64,000 nucleotides of DNA from Candidatus Latescibacterota bacterium (GCA_965203175.1 OZ241867.1:2304001-2368000), one strand, 5' to 3'; positions 1 through 10,179 are shown, numbered from the stretch's first letter. Notes: generated by a model from the letters alone, not told the origin. A program made the numbers and translations.

Positions 1-98
1 TGATAGACTCCCAAACATCGTGGAATACCAGACGATGTTTTGACGGCTATATGTGGCACCTGCGCCCGCCATGCCGTGACGTAATCGCGTGGGATCAC
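1..98 (-). pseudogene. N-terminal stub of AbiEii-type nucleotidyltransferase toxin
   Basis: GTG at 98 overlaps the AbiEi stop (GTGA). Reads MIPRDYVTAWRAQVP, like AbiEii N-termini, then lacks the expected W..QVEQD continuation. The frame stays open to the window edge. Confidence 0.6.
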
Positions 99-904
99 GC
101 ATCCACCTCAATTTCGGTGTTGACGAGCAGCCGCCAGTCCTTGGCGCGCGTCCCGTGGTCGCTGGCACCGGCTGGCAGAAGCAGAGCAGTGTCGCGCGCC
201 CGCTGCCGCACGTGAGCCTTCAAGGGCAACGTCTTGTCCCCTGCGCCGACGAGTTCGAGAAGGTAGCCGAGACGCTGTGCCCAAGGGATGGGAGCCGTTT
301 GCGCTGCTGTTACCAGTAGATCTGGATCGATGCGCTCGGCGAGTTCGGAAAGGACGGTCGCGGCTCGATCTAGCCCTCCGATACGCTTTTCATAACCGAC
401 CAGATCGACCGCCGTTGCCTCAATGATTGAGGCGAGGATCGTTCCGCGCGGCGTATTGAAACTCTGAACCGGTACGTCAGCGATGCGCTTACGTGCTATA
501 AAAGAGACTTCGACGGTACCACAGGAGATTGACCGGCGATTCCCGGCAAGAGCGACTTGGAATGCTTGCGGGCGGTGATGTGCTGCGCCGTGATACTGGG
601 CGGCGGACAGGAGAGCAGCATAGTACGGGCGTTGCAGACGCTCCATGAGCGCCGGGATGAACTGATCGGCGGGCAGGCAGCCGATGCGCCGATATTCTGG
701 AGGCACGATGACATAGAAGCCGCGAGCGGGGCTTGCGACCACTCCTTTTTTTGCCAATCGGTGCAGGGCAAGTCTGGTCGCGGCGGTGGATACCCCAAGC
801 GCTGTACGCAATTCCGCTGTTGCGAAGTGGTATCGGCCATCGGCGGCAAACTCGGTGATGAGATCACCGGCTCGGGGTTTGGCTGTTTCCATTTTCATGT
901 GCAT
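95..904 (-). CDS. Type IV TA antitoxin, AbiEi family transcriptional regulator
   Basis: N-terminal wHTH (LHRLAKKG..SPARGFYVIVPPEY), YYAALLSAAQYHGAAH, EATAVDLV, QRLGYLLE. True start may be 898. Confidence 0.88.
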   Translation of the reverse strand: MHMKMETAKPRAGDLITEFAADGRYHFATAELRTALGVSTAATRLALHRLAKKGVVASPARGFYVIVPPEYRRIGCLPADQFIPALMERLQRPYYAALLSAAQYHGAAHHRPQAFQVALAGNRRSISCGTVEVSFIARKRIADVPVQSFNTPRGTILASIIEATAVDLVGYEKRIGGLDRAATVLSELAERIDPDLLVTAAQTAPIPWAQRLGYLLELVGAGDKTLPLKAHVRQRARDTALLLPAGASDHGTRAKDWRLLVNTEIEVDA

Positions 905-933
905 AAAGTATTATTATTCGATATATTAGGCAA
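905..933 (-). promoter_or_regulatory. sigma70-like promoter of abiEi (probably leaderless)
   Basis: TTGCCT(933-928)-17 nt-TACTTT(910-905); ATG at 898 lies 6 nt downstream. Confidence 0.5.
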
Positions 934-974
934 GTGATTCCGTGTTGATTTGCTAATTCAGAAAGGTAAAGCTC

Positions 975-1847
975 ATGGACCCAAGCTGCTTGCAGTACTG
1001 CATGACCGATGCACAGCGCGACCATTTTGAGCAGCAGGGATACCTGATTGTCGAGGATGCGCTCGACGATGGCATGCTGGGCCGGCTGCTGGAGGCCGGC
1101 GATCGCGTCGATGCCGAGGAAAGGGCGGCGCGCGGCTTGGCACCCAATGCCTTGCTGTCGAAATTCAGGACTATTGTCGAGGATGATGTTTTTCTCGAAC
1201 TGCTCGATTGGCCCAAGACGTTTCCGCTGATTTGGGATATTCTCGGCTGGAACGTCCAGCACTACATCTCGCATTTGATCTACTACCCGCCCGAATCCAA
1301 AAGTAGCGTCAATCTGAAGCCCGGAGGCTGGCACCAAGACGGCGGCCGGCCGGTCCCCGAAATGGAGCGTCCCCAACCGAGGTTGTCGCTAAAGGTCGGA
1401 TTCTGGCTGACCGACATCAGCGAGCCGGAGAGAGGAGGGATTAGGATTGTTCCCGAAAGCCACAAGGGGGACCATCCGCCCGATTTTGCCGATGCGATGC
1501 AGGTTCAGGTGAAGGCGGGAACGGCCGTGTTGTTCGACCGGCGGATGTGGCACGCGCGCGGGATTAATACTTCGGAGACGACCCGGAAAGTGCTGTTTTT
1601 GGGATATAGCTATCGCTGGCTGCGCGGCCTCGACTACAACCTGATGCCCGCTGAAATCCTCGCCAAGTGCAGTCCAATACGCCGGCAATTGCTCGGCGAT
1701 GGGGTGGACGTCAAAGGGTGGTGGCAGCCGACAGAGGAAGACGTTCCCCTCAAGGGCTGGCTGACCGAGCACAAGGGAGAGGAATACGTCGAGCGGATTG
1801 GGCAAAAGCAGTGGGAAAGGGAAAAGTGGGAAGTGCCGGTCAGCTAA
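975..1847 (+). CDS. Phytanoyl-CoA dioxygenase (PhyH) family Fe(II)/2OG enzyme
   Basis: FEQQGYLIVEDAL, WHQD (HxD), IVPESH, FDRRMWH, R-x-VLFLGY. Confidence 0.9.
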   Translation: MDPSCLQYCMTDAQRDHFEQQGYLIVEDALDDGMLGRLLEAGDRVDAEERAARGLAPNALLSKFRTIVEDDVFLELLDWPKTFPLIWDILGWNVQHYISHLIYYPPESKSSVNLKPGGWHQDGGRPVPEMERPQPRLSLKVGFWLTDISEPERGGIRIVPESHKGDHPPDFADAMQVQVKAGTAVLFDRRMWHARGINTSETTRKVLFLGYSYRWLRGLDYNLMPAEILAKCSPIRRQLLGDGVDVKGWWQPTEEDVPLKGWLTEHKGEEYVERIGQKQWEREKWEVPVS

Positions 1848-1889
1848 CTGTTGCATTGACGCGTAAGCGGCTCAATTGGAGTCAACCAC

Positions 1890-3449
1890 ATGGACATCGA
1901 ACTCGGCGTAAAAGCCCAAGTCGCGGCCCGGCGCAGCGGGCATCCGTGGCTAGAGGGCGACCACCTAGCGCTGGGGCCTGGATCGCAGTTGTTCACCGAC
2001 TGGCGCTACGTGCTGCCCGGCGAGGTCGGCGCGATGGGCCCCTATTGGGCCGAACCGGACGGCACCCCCATACCGCTGCGACTATGGGACGATGTGGATC
2101 GGCGGGATCGTCCCGTCCGCGCGCGCTTCGTGCCCAGCGACGTGCCCAGCGGTATCCGCATCGTCGCGACCACGGCCCAGCGGGAAGGACCATTACCAGT
2201 AGGTGAGCCACCCGGGCGAAGGATTATTTACCGCGATGGGCTGTACCAGACTTGGTTCGATCGCGGTACCGGCGAGGCCATCCGTCCCCTGTGGTACGCT
2301 GAATCCAACGACGGGTATGAGTACGGTGGCGAACGCGAATGCCAGTTCGATTGGAGCGCCGCACCCGAGGCCGCTGGCCACGAGCGCACGGAGATATTTT
2401 TCGATCCCTCTGCACCCGCTGAGGAAAGCTACAAAATGTTCTTCCGCTGTGGTGTCCCCACAGACGGCGAGGCCCGGCGACAAATCCTTGAACATTTCGC
2501 CCGCGAGCGTCCCGACGACATCCATCCCCTAGGCGGTGATTTCCGCTATCTGTCCGGCATGTGGGGAGCCACGTCGCCGGATGGCGTGCATTGGACGGTG
2601 CTGCCGGGGCCTTTAGTCATCCACTACTCCGACACGACCAACGTGGTTTACTACGACGAGCGGCTGCGGCGCTACGTCTGGTACGCCCGTTGCAGCGCGT
2701 ACGGCCGCCGCTGTATCGGCCGGGCTGAAACCGAGGATTTCCGTCGCTGGCCGCTGCCCGATCTGCTGGTGTGGCCCGGGCTCCACCACCATCCGGCCGA
2801 CGATTGGTACACCAACTCCAAAACTCTCTATCCCGGGACGGTCGATCAGCATCTGATGTTTCCCGCGCTCTATCACCACATGGACGACACCTCGGAATTG
2901 CGGCTTTTTTCGAGTTCCGACGGAATCGTCTGGTCGGAAGTGCCGGGGCCGCCGTCTTTGCCGTCTGGGGGTGCAGGTGCTTGGGACGAAGGATGCGTCT
3001 TTGGCGGTACGGACCTGATCCCGCTCGGTGCTGATCGAGTGGCGCTGCCCTATGGCGGCTATCGCTTTCCGCACAAATATCCGCGCAACCCGCATACTTT
3101 CAGCCACGACTGCGGCTATGCCGTGTGGCCGGCTGAGCGCTTGGCCGCGTTGGAGGCAGAACAGGATGGCAGCTTTACTACCCTGCCGATGGTCGCAACC
3201 GGTCGGCGCGTGCGGCTGAACGCCGCGGTCAAGGCCGCCGGTCACATTCTAGTGGAAGCTGCCGATCACAAAGGTCGCGCCCTGCCCGGTCACACCTTTG
3301 ACGATGCCGTGCCGATCTTGGGCGATTCCCCGCATCATCGGGTGGCGTGGCGCGGTGGGGACCGCATACAATTGGAGGAGAGGCGGTCCTTCATGCTGCG
3401 CTTGCGCCTGCGCTGTGCCAAGCTCTTTGCGTTTGAGGTAGAAGAATGA
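1890..3449 (+). CDS. Hypothetical beta-propeller glycoside hydrolase-like protein
   Basis: Repeated S-x-DG-x-x-W Asp-box-like motifs (SPDGVHW, SSDGIVW, TEDFRRW) and a C-terminal beta-sandwich. Confidence 0.6.
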   Translation: MDIELGVKAQVAARRSGHPWLEGDHLALGPGSQLFTDWRYVLPGEVGAMGPYWAEPDGTPIPLRLWDDVDRRDRPVRARFVPSDVPSGIRIVATTAQREGPLPVGEPPGRRIIYRDGLYQTWFDRGTGEAIRPLWYAESNDGYEYGGERECQFDWSAAPEAAGHERTEIFFDPSAPAEESYKMFFRCGVPTDGEARRQILEHFARERPDDIHPLGGDFRYLSGMWGATSPDGVHWTVLPGPLVIHYSDTTNVVYYDERLRRYVWYARCSAYGRRCIGRAETEDFRRWPLPDLLVWPGLHHHPADDWYTNSKTLYPGTVDQHLMFPALYHHMDDTSELRLFSSSDGIVWSEVPGPPSLPSGGAGAWDEGCVFGGTDLIPLGADRVALPYGGYRFPHKYPRNPHTFSHDCGYAVWPAERLAALEAEQDGSFTTLPMVATGRRVRLNAAVKAAGHILVEAADHKGRALPGHTFDDAVPILGDSPHHRVAWRGGDRIQLEERRSFMLRLRLRCAKLFAFEVEE

Positions 3450-4249
3450 CACCAAGCGAAATGCAGCGCCGCATCGCCGAAGAGGGTTGGTGCGTGATCG
3501 ACGCCGTGATCCCACCCGAGGCAGTGGCACAGGTGCGAGACAGCATCCTCGCCACGGTCGCCTCCCACAAGCTGCCCGATCCCCGCAGTCAGCTCGACAA
3601 GGTGTCGGGACTGGTCAACTTCGACCAATCCTTTGTTCCCTATCTGGCGGAGCCGCGGCTGTTGGGCCTGTGTAAAGCGCTTTTGGGTGAGCATTTGCGC
3701 GTCTCGTACACCACCTGCATGGTGACGCATCCGGGCAATGCGCGCGGCGCGTTGCACGCCGACTGGCCGTTCAATCAGCAAAATGCCGGGCACGTGCCGG
3801 CGCCGTATCCCGACGCGCTCATGCATGTGACGACGATCTGGATGCTGACGGACTTTACGGCTGAAACCGGAACGCGGATTGTCCCCGGGACGCACCGCCA
3901 GCGCAACAATCCCAGCGGTGACAATGGCGTACCACTCCTCGAACCGCACCCCGACGAAATAACCGTCTCCGGCGAGCCGGGGTCCGTGCTGGTGATGGAT
4001 AGCCGCCTGTGGCATGCGATTAGCCCCAACCGATCCACTCAGTCGCGGGTGGCGCTGCCCATTCGCTTTGCCCCTTGGTGGCTAAACTTGGACTCTCTGC
4101 GGCCGGATTCCGACGAGCGCAAGCGGCTCACTGCGGGCGGCCTCGCAGAGAATACTGTGCCCCTGGTACCGGAGCGGGTATTTGCAAACTTGCCCGACGA
4201 GGTCAAACCCTTGTTCAGGCACTGGATTGAAACTGGTAGTGACCATTGA
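3446..4249 (+). CDS. PhyH family dioxygenase
   Basis: EEGWCVIDAVI, LHADW, IWMLTDFT, IVPGTH, DSRLWH; ATGA overlap with the upstream gene. Confidence 0.9.
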   Translation: MTPSEMQRRIAEEGWCVIDAVIPPEAVAQVRDSILATVASHKLPDPRSQLDKVSGLVNFDQSFVPYLAEPRLLGLCKALLGEHLRVSYTTCMVTHPGNARGALHADWPFNQQNAGHVPAPYPDALMHVTTIWMLTDFTAETGTRIVPGTHRQRNNPSGDNGVPLLEPHPDEITVSGEPGSVLVMDSRLWHAISPNRSTQSRVALPIRFAPWWLNLDSLRPDSDERKRLTAGGLAENTVPLVPERVFANLPDEVKPLFRHWIETGSDH

Positions 4250-4363
4250 AAGACCCGGATACAGTCATTAATATATGCGATTGCGTTGGAGACTCTCCCG
4301 CTCTCCCCGCAAAGCTGGATGACGAGGGGTGCTTGACGGAAGACGGTCCGCCCCCGTGAGAAG

Positions 4364-6940
4364 GTGAAAAAGAAGGCAAACAAGATGACGGACGCGAAGA
4401 TACTGATTGTCGAGGACGATGAACCTAGCGCAACGCACCTCGAAGAATGTCTCAAAAACCTAGGGTACGCAGTATGTGCCTCGGTTTCGTGCGGGCACGA
4501 GGCTATTGAAAAAGCCGCGACCACACGCCCCGACCTCGCCCTAGTCGATCTCGGACTCGAAGGGAAGGTCTCCGGCTTGGAAACAGCCGAGCAGATCGGC
4601 AGCCGGTTCGATGTTCCCGTGATGTATCTGACCGATGGAGCTGAAGAAGACCTGTTGCAACGGGCGCAGGAGACCAACCCGTTTGGCTACGTGCTGAAGC
4701 CGTTTGAGGCGCACCAACTGCATCTGAACATCCAAACCGCCGTCTCTATGCACGAGAGGGAAACTAGCCACAAAAAGACGGAGATCCGGTTGAAACGAAT
4801 AATCAAAAAATTGAAAGATTTCACCCGGCTAATGAAAACCGTGTTCGATAGTATGAGCGAAGGCGTGGTCGCCGTCGATGAAAACAGGAAACTCGTGTTT
4901 CACAATTCGGTCGCGCGGGGGTTCGGCGGCGGTCTGCCGCTGGAGCAGGACATCGACAAATGGGCCGAGAAGTACGGTGTCTTTCAATCCCATGGGAAGG
5001 CGCTGGTCTCGAAGGAAGAAAGTCCGCTGGAGTTGGCATTGAACGGCAAGGCGACGGACGATTTCGAGGTAATGGTGCACAATGAGAAAATGCCGGAAGG
5101 CGTTCATGCTCACATCAGCATCAGCGGCAGGCCACTGCGGGGCAAAGCAGGGGCTCTGACGGGGGGTGTTCTCGTCTTCCGCGACATCACTAGGCTCCAG
5201 CATACAGAAGTCGCACTAGAACGGACGATCGCCGAGCAGAAGGACCAGGCCCTGCTCATGGAGACCATTCTCAGCAGTATCAGCGATGGCGTGTTGGTCG
5301 CCAACGACGAAGGAAAATTCACGTTTTTCAATCCCAGCGCCGAACAGATCACTGGCGGCATGCTGGATCTAAAGTCCGAACAATGGGCCGGGAACTATGG
5401 AGTTTTCTATTCCGACCAAAAAACCCGCATGACAGCGGCAGAGCTTCCCCTAGTGCGCGCTGTGCAGGGTGAGGCGACCGACGATGTTGAGATGTTTGTC
5501 CGCAATAAGAAAAAGCCGGACGGCTATCACGTCAGCGTCAGTGGACGGCCGCTAAAGACGGATGTAGAAGGACACGGAGGGGGCGTGATCGTTTTCCGCG
5601 ACATCACCAGACAAAAAGAGGCGGCCGCAGAATTGGACAAAACCATGGAGGAACTGCGCAAGCAGAGCGAACTGATGGAGACCATGTTCAATAGTATCAG
5701 CGACGGCATCATCGTCGCCGATGTAACGGGGCAGTCCTTCTACGTAAATCCCGCGGCCGAACAAATTATCGGCATGAATATAATAACGGACTGCCCTCCG
5801 GAGGAGTGGGTCGAGCGGTACGGCCTCTTCTATCCCGATCGGGAAACACCCATGAGAATGGAGGATCTGCCGTTCCTCCAAGTCATCGGCCAAGGTGAGT
5901 CGATGGATGACGTGGATATATGCATACGCAACCAAAACAGGCCGGATGGCGTGTTTATCCGGGTGAGTGGCCGGCCGCTGCTGGACAATCTCGGCGGGAT
6001 CAGGGGCGGCGTGATCATTTTCCGCGATGTTACCGAGCGCACGCTCGCCGAGGAGGCGCTGGCGCAGGCATTTGCACAAGGGCGGTTGGAGGTAGTCGAT
6101 ACCATTCTCCACAACATCGGCAATGCCATCAACAGCGTCACCACGGGAATCGAGACTGTGCGTCAGCACTTGGGGAATGATCGCGTCGGCCGCCGTCTCT
6201 TCGCATTGGCCACGGCGGTGCGAGAACACCAGGACGACTGGAGCGATTACATTGAGAACGATCCTCAAGGCCGCAGAGTGATGCCGTTCATCATTGAGCT
6301 ATCCGAAAGTTTTTCCAAGCGAAACGAAGAGCTGATAAAGACGGTCGGCCGCGTCCGGGACCGGGCCAATCACATCGCCGACATCGTCCGCACCCAAAAG
6401 GCGTTTGGCAGTCCCGCTATGGCTCGCAAGGACATTGATCTGCACGATGCGCTCTCGGCCGCCGTCAGGGTATTGCGGGATTCGCTCAACAAAAAGGGGA
6501 TCCATACCGACATCGACTGCGAAGACGCACCGCGGGAGATTCGCATCGAGGAGAGCCAGTTTCACCAGATGTTGGTCAATTTGGTCAAAAATTCGATTGA
6601 AGCCATCGACGATCTTACCCTAGCGCAGGGGCTTGACGAAACGCCCCGCATCCAGATCAGGGCCAGTGCCGAAGACAATTTTCTCAAGCTCGAAGTAAGC
6701 GACAACGGCATCGGCATCAAAAGTAAAGACACCAAGGCGATTTTTGCGCCCGGTTATACCACGAAAAGATTGGGGAGCGGGCTCGGTCTTCATTCGGCGG
6801 CCAATTTTGTCATTGCCTTCGGCGGCCGAATTCAGGCTTTGAGCAAGGGTATCGGCAAGGGCGCGACCATGCGCGTCAGGCTGCCGCTTTCCTCGGTCGC
6901 GCCCCACGCCAATGGCAGGGCAGGCGTATCAACCGACTGA
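4364..6940 (+). CDS. Soluble hybrid sensor histidine kinase (REC-PAS-PAS-PAS-HisKA-HATPase)
   Basis: KILIVEDD/LVDL/KPF receiver; three PAS repeats ending VFRDIT; ILHNIGN H-box; NLVKNS, DNGIG, GSGLGL. Start may be 4385. Confidence 0.9.
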   Translation: MKKKANKMTDAKILIVEDDEPSATHLEECLKNLGYAVCASVSCGHEAIEKAATTRPDLALVDLGLEGKVSGLETAEQIGSRFDVPVMYLTDGAEEDLLQRAQETNPFGYVLKPFEAHQLHLNIQTAVSMHERETSHKKTEIRLKRIIKKLKDFTRLMKTVFDSMSEGVVAVDENRKLVFHNSVARGFGGGLPLEQDIDKWAEKYGVFQSHGKALVSKEESPLELALNGKATDDFEVMVHNEKMPEGVHAHISISGRPLRGKAGALTGGVLVFRDITRLQHTEVALERTIAEQKDQALLMETILSSISDGVLVANDEGKFTFFNPSAEQITGGMLDLKSEQWAGNYGVFYSDQKTRMTAAELPLVRAVQGEATDDVEMFVRNKKKPDGYHVSVSGRPLKTDVEGHGGGVIVFRDITRQKEAAAELDKTMEELRKQSELMETMFNSISDGIIVADVTGQSFYVNPAAEQIIGMNIITDCPPEEWVERYGLFYPDRETPMRMEDLPFLQVIGQGESMDDVDICIRNQNRPDGVFIRVSGRPLLDNLGGIRGGVIIFRDVTERTLAEEALAQAFAQGRLEVVDTILHNIGNAINSVTTGIETVRQHLGNDRVGRRLFALATAVREHQDDWSDYIENDPQGRRVMPFIIELSESFSKRNEELIKTVGRVRDRANHIADIVRTQKAFGSPAMARKDIDLHDALSAAVRVLRDSLNKKGIHTDIDCEDAPREIRIEESQFHQMLVNLVKNSIEAIDDLTLAQGLDETPRIQIRASAEDNFLKLEVSDNGIGIKSKDTKAIFAPGYTTKRLGSGLGLHSAANFVIAFGGRIQALSKGIGKGATMRVRLPLSSVAPHANGRAGVSTD

Positions 6941-6954
6941 TAGAAAGGGTAGCG

Positions 6955-8844
6955 ATGAAATCCGTGAATCACGAGAACAATCGCGTCCTAATAGTCGACG
7001 ATCAGCACGAGATCCACGACGACTTTAAAGAGATGTTAAATCCCAGTTTTGCGCAGCCATCAACGGATGATCTTGCGACGGCCTTTGTGCGCGAGGAAGA
7101 GGAGGCTTGGCTCCCAGAATTTGAGTTGCTGCACGCAAATAATGGAGAGGAAGCATACGAAATCATTCGGGCGGGAAAGGAATCGAACCGCCCCGTCGCC
7201 GTCGCCTACATCGACATCAGAATGCCGCCGGGCATCGATGGTATCGAAACGATCCGCCGGGTGCGAAAAATTGATCGCGATGTCGAAATCGTCATCATGA
7301 CCGCGTACACCGATAAGGCACTGCCCGAGATCGTCCACGATATGGAATTGCTGCACAAGCTACTCTACATCAGAAAGCCTTTCGCGCACGAGGAGATCCA
7401 GCAAATCACCCTTTCCTTAGTCGGGAAGTGGAACATCGAACGGGAGCTGGCGGAGAAACGGCGGCAGCTCACCAACAGTCATCGAAGACTGGAAGCGGTG
7501 CTCAATGCTACCGGGGACGCCGTTGCGATGCACGACAGTGCCGGACATCTAGTTTTTGCCAATCAGGTATACGAAGAGCTACTAGGTCTGGAGGAAAGTG
7601 AGCTGAAGAAAATTCCGCCGCGCGGTCTCTCGGCGCGTTTCGAAGAGCGGTTCCGGGAACCGGACCTGCGCGACGTGGAGGGAAGGTTTCTCCTCGACAG
7701 CGGCAACGTGGTGGAAACGACCAGCGCTGGCCAAGAGCCGCAGCAGCGGCTGTTCTACCGCTCCACAGCGCCGGTGCGCGATGGTCGAGGAGAGGAAATC
7801 GGCAGCCTCGTCCTGTACCGGGACGTGTCCAAGGAGATCGAGGCCGAGCAGATGAGGGCTGAGGTCCTGCGGCTGCGCACCGAGCTGGAGGCGACCTCCT
7901 CCTTTGCTGGCATGGTCGGTACCAGCCCTAGAATGCAGCAGGTGTACGCGCTGATGCAGCAGGCCGCCGAAGGCGATATTGCGGTGCTCATTCGCGGCGA
8001 GAGCGGCACCGGTAAAGAGTTGGTAGCCAAGTCGGTTCACCTCAACGGCCCGCGCAAGCAGGGGCCGTTCGTGGCTCTCAATTGCGCCGCCATTCCCGAA
8101 ACGCTCATCGAAAGCGAGTTGTTCGGGCATGAACGGGGAGCTTTTACGGGGGCGACAGAGCAGAGACGCGGGGCTTTCGAGCGCGCCGCTGGGGGTACGA
8201 TCCTTCTCGACGAGATCGGCGATATGCCATATGCCCTGCAGGGTAAGCTATTGCGCGTTTTGCAGGAGCGGGAAATCCAGCGGGTGGGCGGTACCGCCTC
8301 CATTCCCGTCGACATCCGGGTGATGACGGCTACCAACAAGGATATAGAGCTCCTAGTGAGAATGGGCGAGTTCCGCCAAGATCTGTTCTATCGCGTAGCC
8401 GCCTTCCCCATTGAGATTCCGCCGCTGAGAGAGCGGCGCGAGGACATTCCCCTGCTGGCTAGACATTTTCTCGATAAACACGCCGAACGCGCCGACAAAT
8501 CTATCAGTGGCATCTCCACCGCTGCCCTGCGCCTGTTGCTCCAGTACGATTGGCCCGGCAACGTGCGCGAGCTGGAGAATGCCATCGAGCGCGCTGTGTT
8601 GTTGGAAACGGACGCGGTACTGCAAGCGAGCAATCTGCCTCTCCAGTTGTCGCCAGCCGTCGCTGCCGGGAGCGACCACTCGACGCTGGCAGCGGTCCTG
8701 CCGCTGGCCGAGGTCGAGCGGCAGGCCCTAGTCCACGCCCTTGAAGTCGCGGACAACAACGTTACGCAGGCAGCTCGGGCACTGGGTATCAATCGGTCAA
8801 CCCTGCACCGAAAATTGAAGAAATACAACCTCTCCAAGGATTGA
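6955..8844 (+). CDS. Sigma-54-dependent response regulator (REC-PAS-AAA-Fis HTH)
   Basis: GESGTGKE, ESELFGHERGAFTGA, LDEIG, WPGNVRELEN, AARALGINRSTL. Confidence 0.95.
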   Translation: MKSVNHENNRVLIVDDQHEIHDDFKEMLNPSFAQPSTDDLATAFVREEEEAWLPEFELLHANNGEEAYEIIRAGKESNRPVAVAYIDIRMPPGIDGIETIRRVRKIDRDVEIVIMTAYTDKALPEIVHDMELLHKLLYIRKPFAHEEIQQITLSLVGKWNIERELAEKRRQLTNSHRRLEAVLNATGDAVAMHDSAGHLVFANQVYEELLGLEESELKKIPPRGLSARFEERFREPDLRDVEGRFLLDSGNVVETTSAGQEPQQRLFYRSTAPVRDGRGEEIGSLVLYRDVSKEIEAEQMRAEVLRLRTELEATSSFAGMVGTSPRMQQVYALMQQAAEGDIAVLIRGESGTGKELVAKSVHLNGPRKQGPFVALNCAAIPETLIESELFGHERGAFTGATEQRRGAFERAAGGTILLDEIGDMPYALQGKLLRVLQEREIQRVGGTASIPVDIRVMTATNKDIELLVRMGEFRQDLFYRVAAFPIEIPPLRERREDIPLLARHFLDKHAERADKSISGISTAALRLLLQYDWPGNVRELENAIERAVLLETDAVLQASNLPLQLSPAVAAGSDHSTLAAVLPLAEVERQALVHALEVADNNVTQAARALGINRSTLHRKLKKYNLSKD

Positions 8845-8917
8845 AACGAGCGGTCGGTCCGGCTTACAATCGGGCTTTCCTTTGGCCTGTGATTCCTCTG
8901 TACTTTTGCAAACGATT

Positions 8918-8932
8918 GTTGCAAATTGCAAC
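8918..8932. promoter_or_regulatory. Candidate enhancer-binding-protein site
   Basis: Perfect palindrome GTTGCAA-A-TTGCAAC about 210 nt upstream of a -24/-12 promoter. Confidence 0.5.
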
Positions 8933-9142
8933 GTACCCTCTGCCTTTTCCCGTAAATTATTCCTATAAATCATTTATAAACATTTAGTTATAGACCTATA
9001 TGCCACTGGGAGAAAGGGGTCGCCGGAGCGGTTTACGACGAGCATTCTGCAACACCCGCAAAAATTTCCCCGTATTCCCGAACGTGCACTAACTCCTTCA
9101 CCTGCAAGGAGTTAGCAATTTATTACAATTTGGTTACAAAAG

Positions 9143-9160
9143 TTGGCACGGAATGTGCAT
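9143..9160 (+). promoter_or_regulatory. Sigma-54 (-24/-12) promoter
   Basis: TTGGCACGGAATGTGCAT with exact GG-N10-GC spacing, immediately downstream of a bEBP gene. Confidence 0.8.
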
Positions 9161-9242
9161 ATTGCGGCATGGTAAACGCGGAGCAAGGCACTCCGGACGC
9201 GGCGAAATCGATACCAATAGAAGAACGCGGAGGGAGATAATA

Positions 9243-9911
9243 ATGGGAGGACAGAAACGAGAGTCTAGGACGGGGATGTGGACGGTGATCGAAGGTCTAG
9301 TGCTAGTGCTTATCATAGCCGCTTCGGTACCTTCTCCCCAAGCAGATGAACTGGTCTCGAACTTGGACGAGGCGAATGGAAGAGTCGCCAAGGTATGGTC
9401 CGCACAGCATCATGCCCAGACGTTCGCCACTGGGGAGCACGAGCCTGGATACCTAGTGGAGAGCGTAGAGCTCGATGTGGCGGCGTGGACCGAGGATGCG
9501 AACGTCACAGTGAGCGTGCACGCCGCGTGGAGTAGTGGAGGTCCTGGAGACCATCTCTATACGCTTGAGAATCCAACGCGGGGGACGGGCCGCAAGGTAT
9601 TCACCGTGCGGAAGAGGGATCGGGTGCGACTCGTCGAGCGCCAACCACACGCCATCGTCATTCGCAACACAGGTGGGAAAGGTAGCTTCAATCTCAATAC
9701 GACGACGTCGATAAACCCGGCCGACGAATCGGACTGGCAAATCGAAAACGCGAGGTGGACGACGAACCCGAGCGACGACTTGGACAGGTGGGTTGGAACG
9801 ACTGGGGCTATCAAGATGCGGATCAATGATCGGGACGCGCCGACGCCGGTCTCAGTTGTACGGTCTCGCAGCAACGCCGAAAATGGGTCTCTTGGTCGAG
9901 TTATGGAGTAA
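9243..9911 (+). CDS. Exported protein with choice-of-anchor-R-like beta domain, possibly truncated
   Basis: GGAG RBS; hydrophobic signal; LVSNL...AQTFATG..GYLVESVEL motif. Confidence 0.6.
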   Translation: MGGQKRESRTGMWTVIEGLVLVLIIAASVPSPQADELVSNLDEANGRVAKVWSAQHHAQTFATGEHEPGYLVESVELDVAAWTEDANVTVSVHAAWSSGGPGDHLYTLENPTRGTGRKVFTVRKRDRVRLVERQPHAIVIRNTGGKGSFNLNTTTSINPADESDWQIENARWTTNPSDDLDRWVGTTGAIKMRINDRDAPTPVSVVRSRSNAENGSLGRVME

Positions 9912-10063
9912 CTGAGAAGACGACGGCACATCGTACGAAGCCGGCAGCTACAGGGTAGGCCGGAGAAAAATTCCTATACGGATATCAAAGGGAGGGCGCT
10001 GTGAATCACTTTCTGGTGTGGGAACGTCGGTGGCTATGCTTGGGGAGGGCTGGCCACTGACGC

Positions 10064-10160
10064 TGAGGGGCACCATTGCCGTCGAGACCGGTATCGATTT
10101 GGCGATGGTGCCCCTCAAAGGACGGGGTGAACCCGTGTCGGCGGCTGCGCCGCACGGGTT
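10064..10160. repeat. Two strong hairpins in convergent intergenic region
   Basis: TGAGGGGCACCATTGCC/GGCGATGGTGCCCCTCA (10064-10117) and AACCCGTG/CACGGGTT (10130-10160). Confidence 0.6.
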
Positions 10161-10179
10161 TGCTCTGGCGGTGGATACT

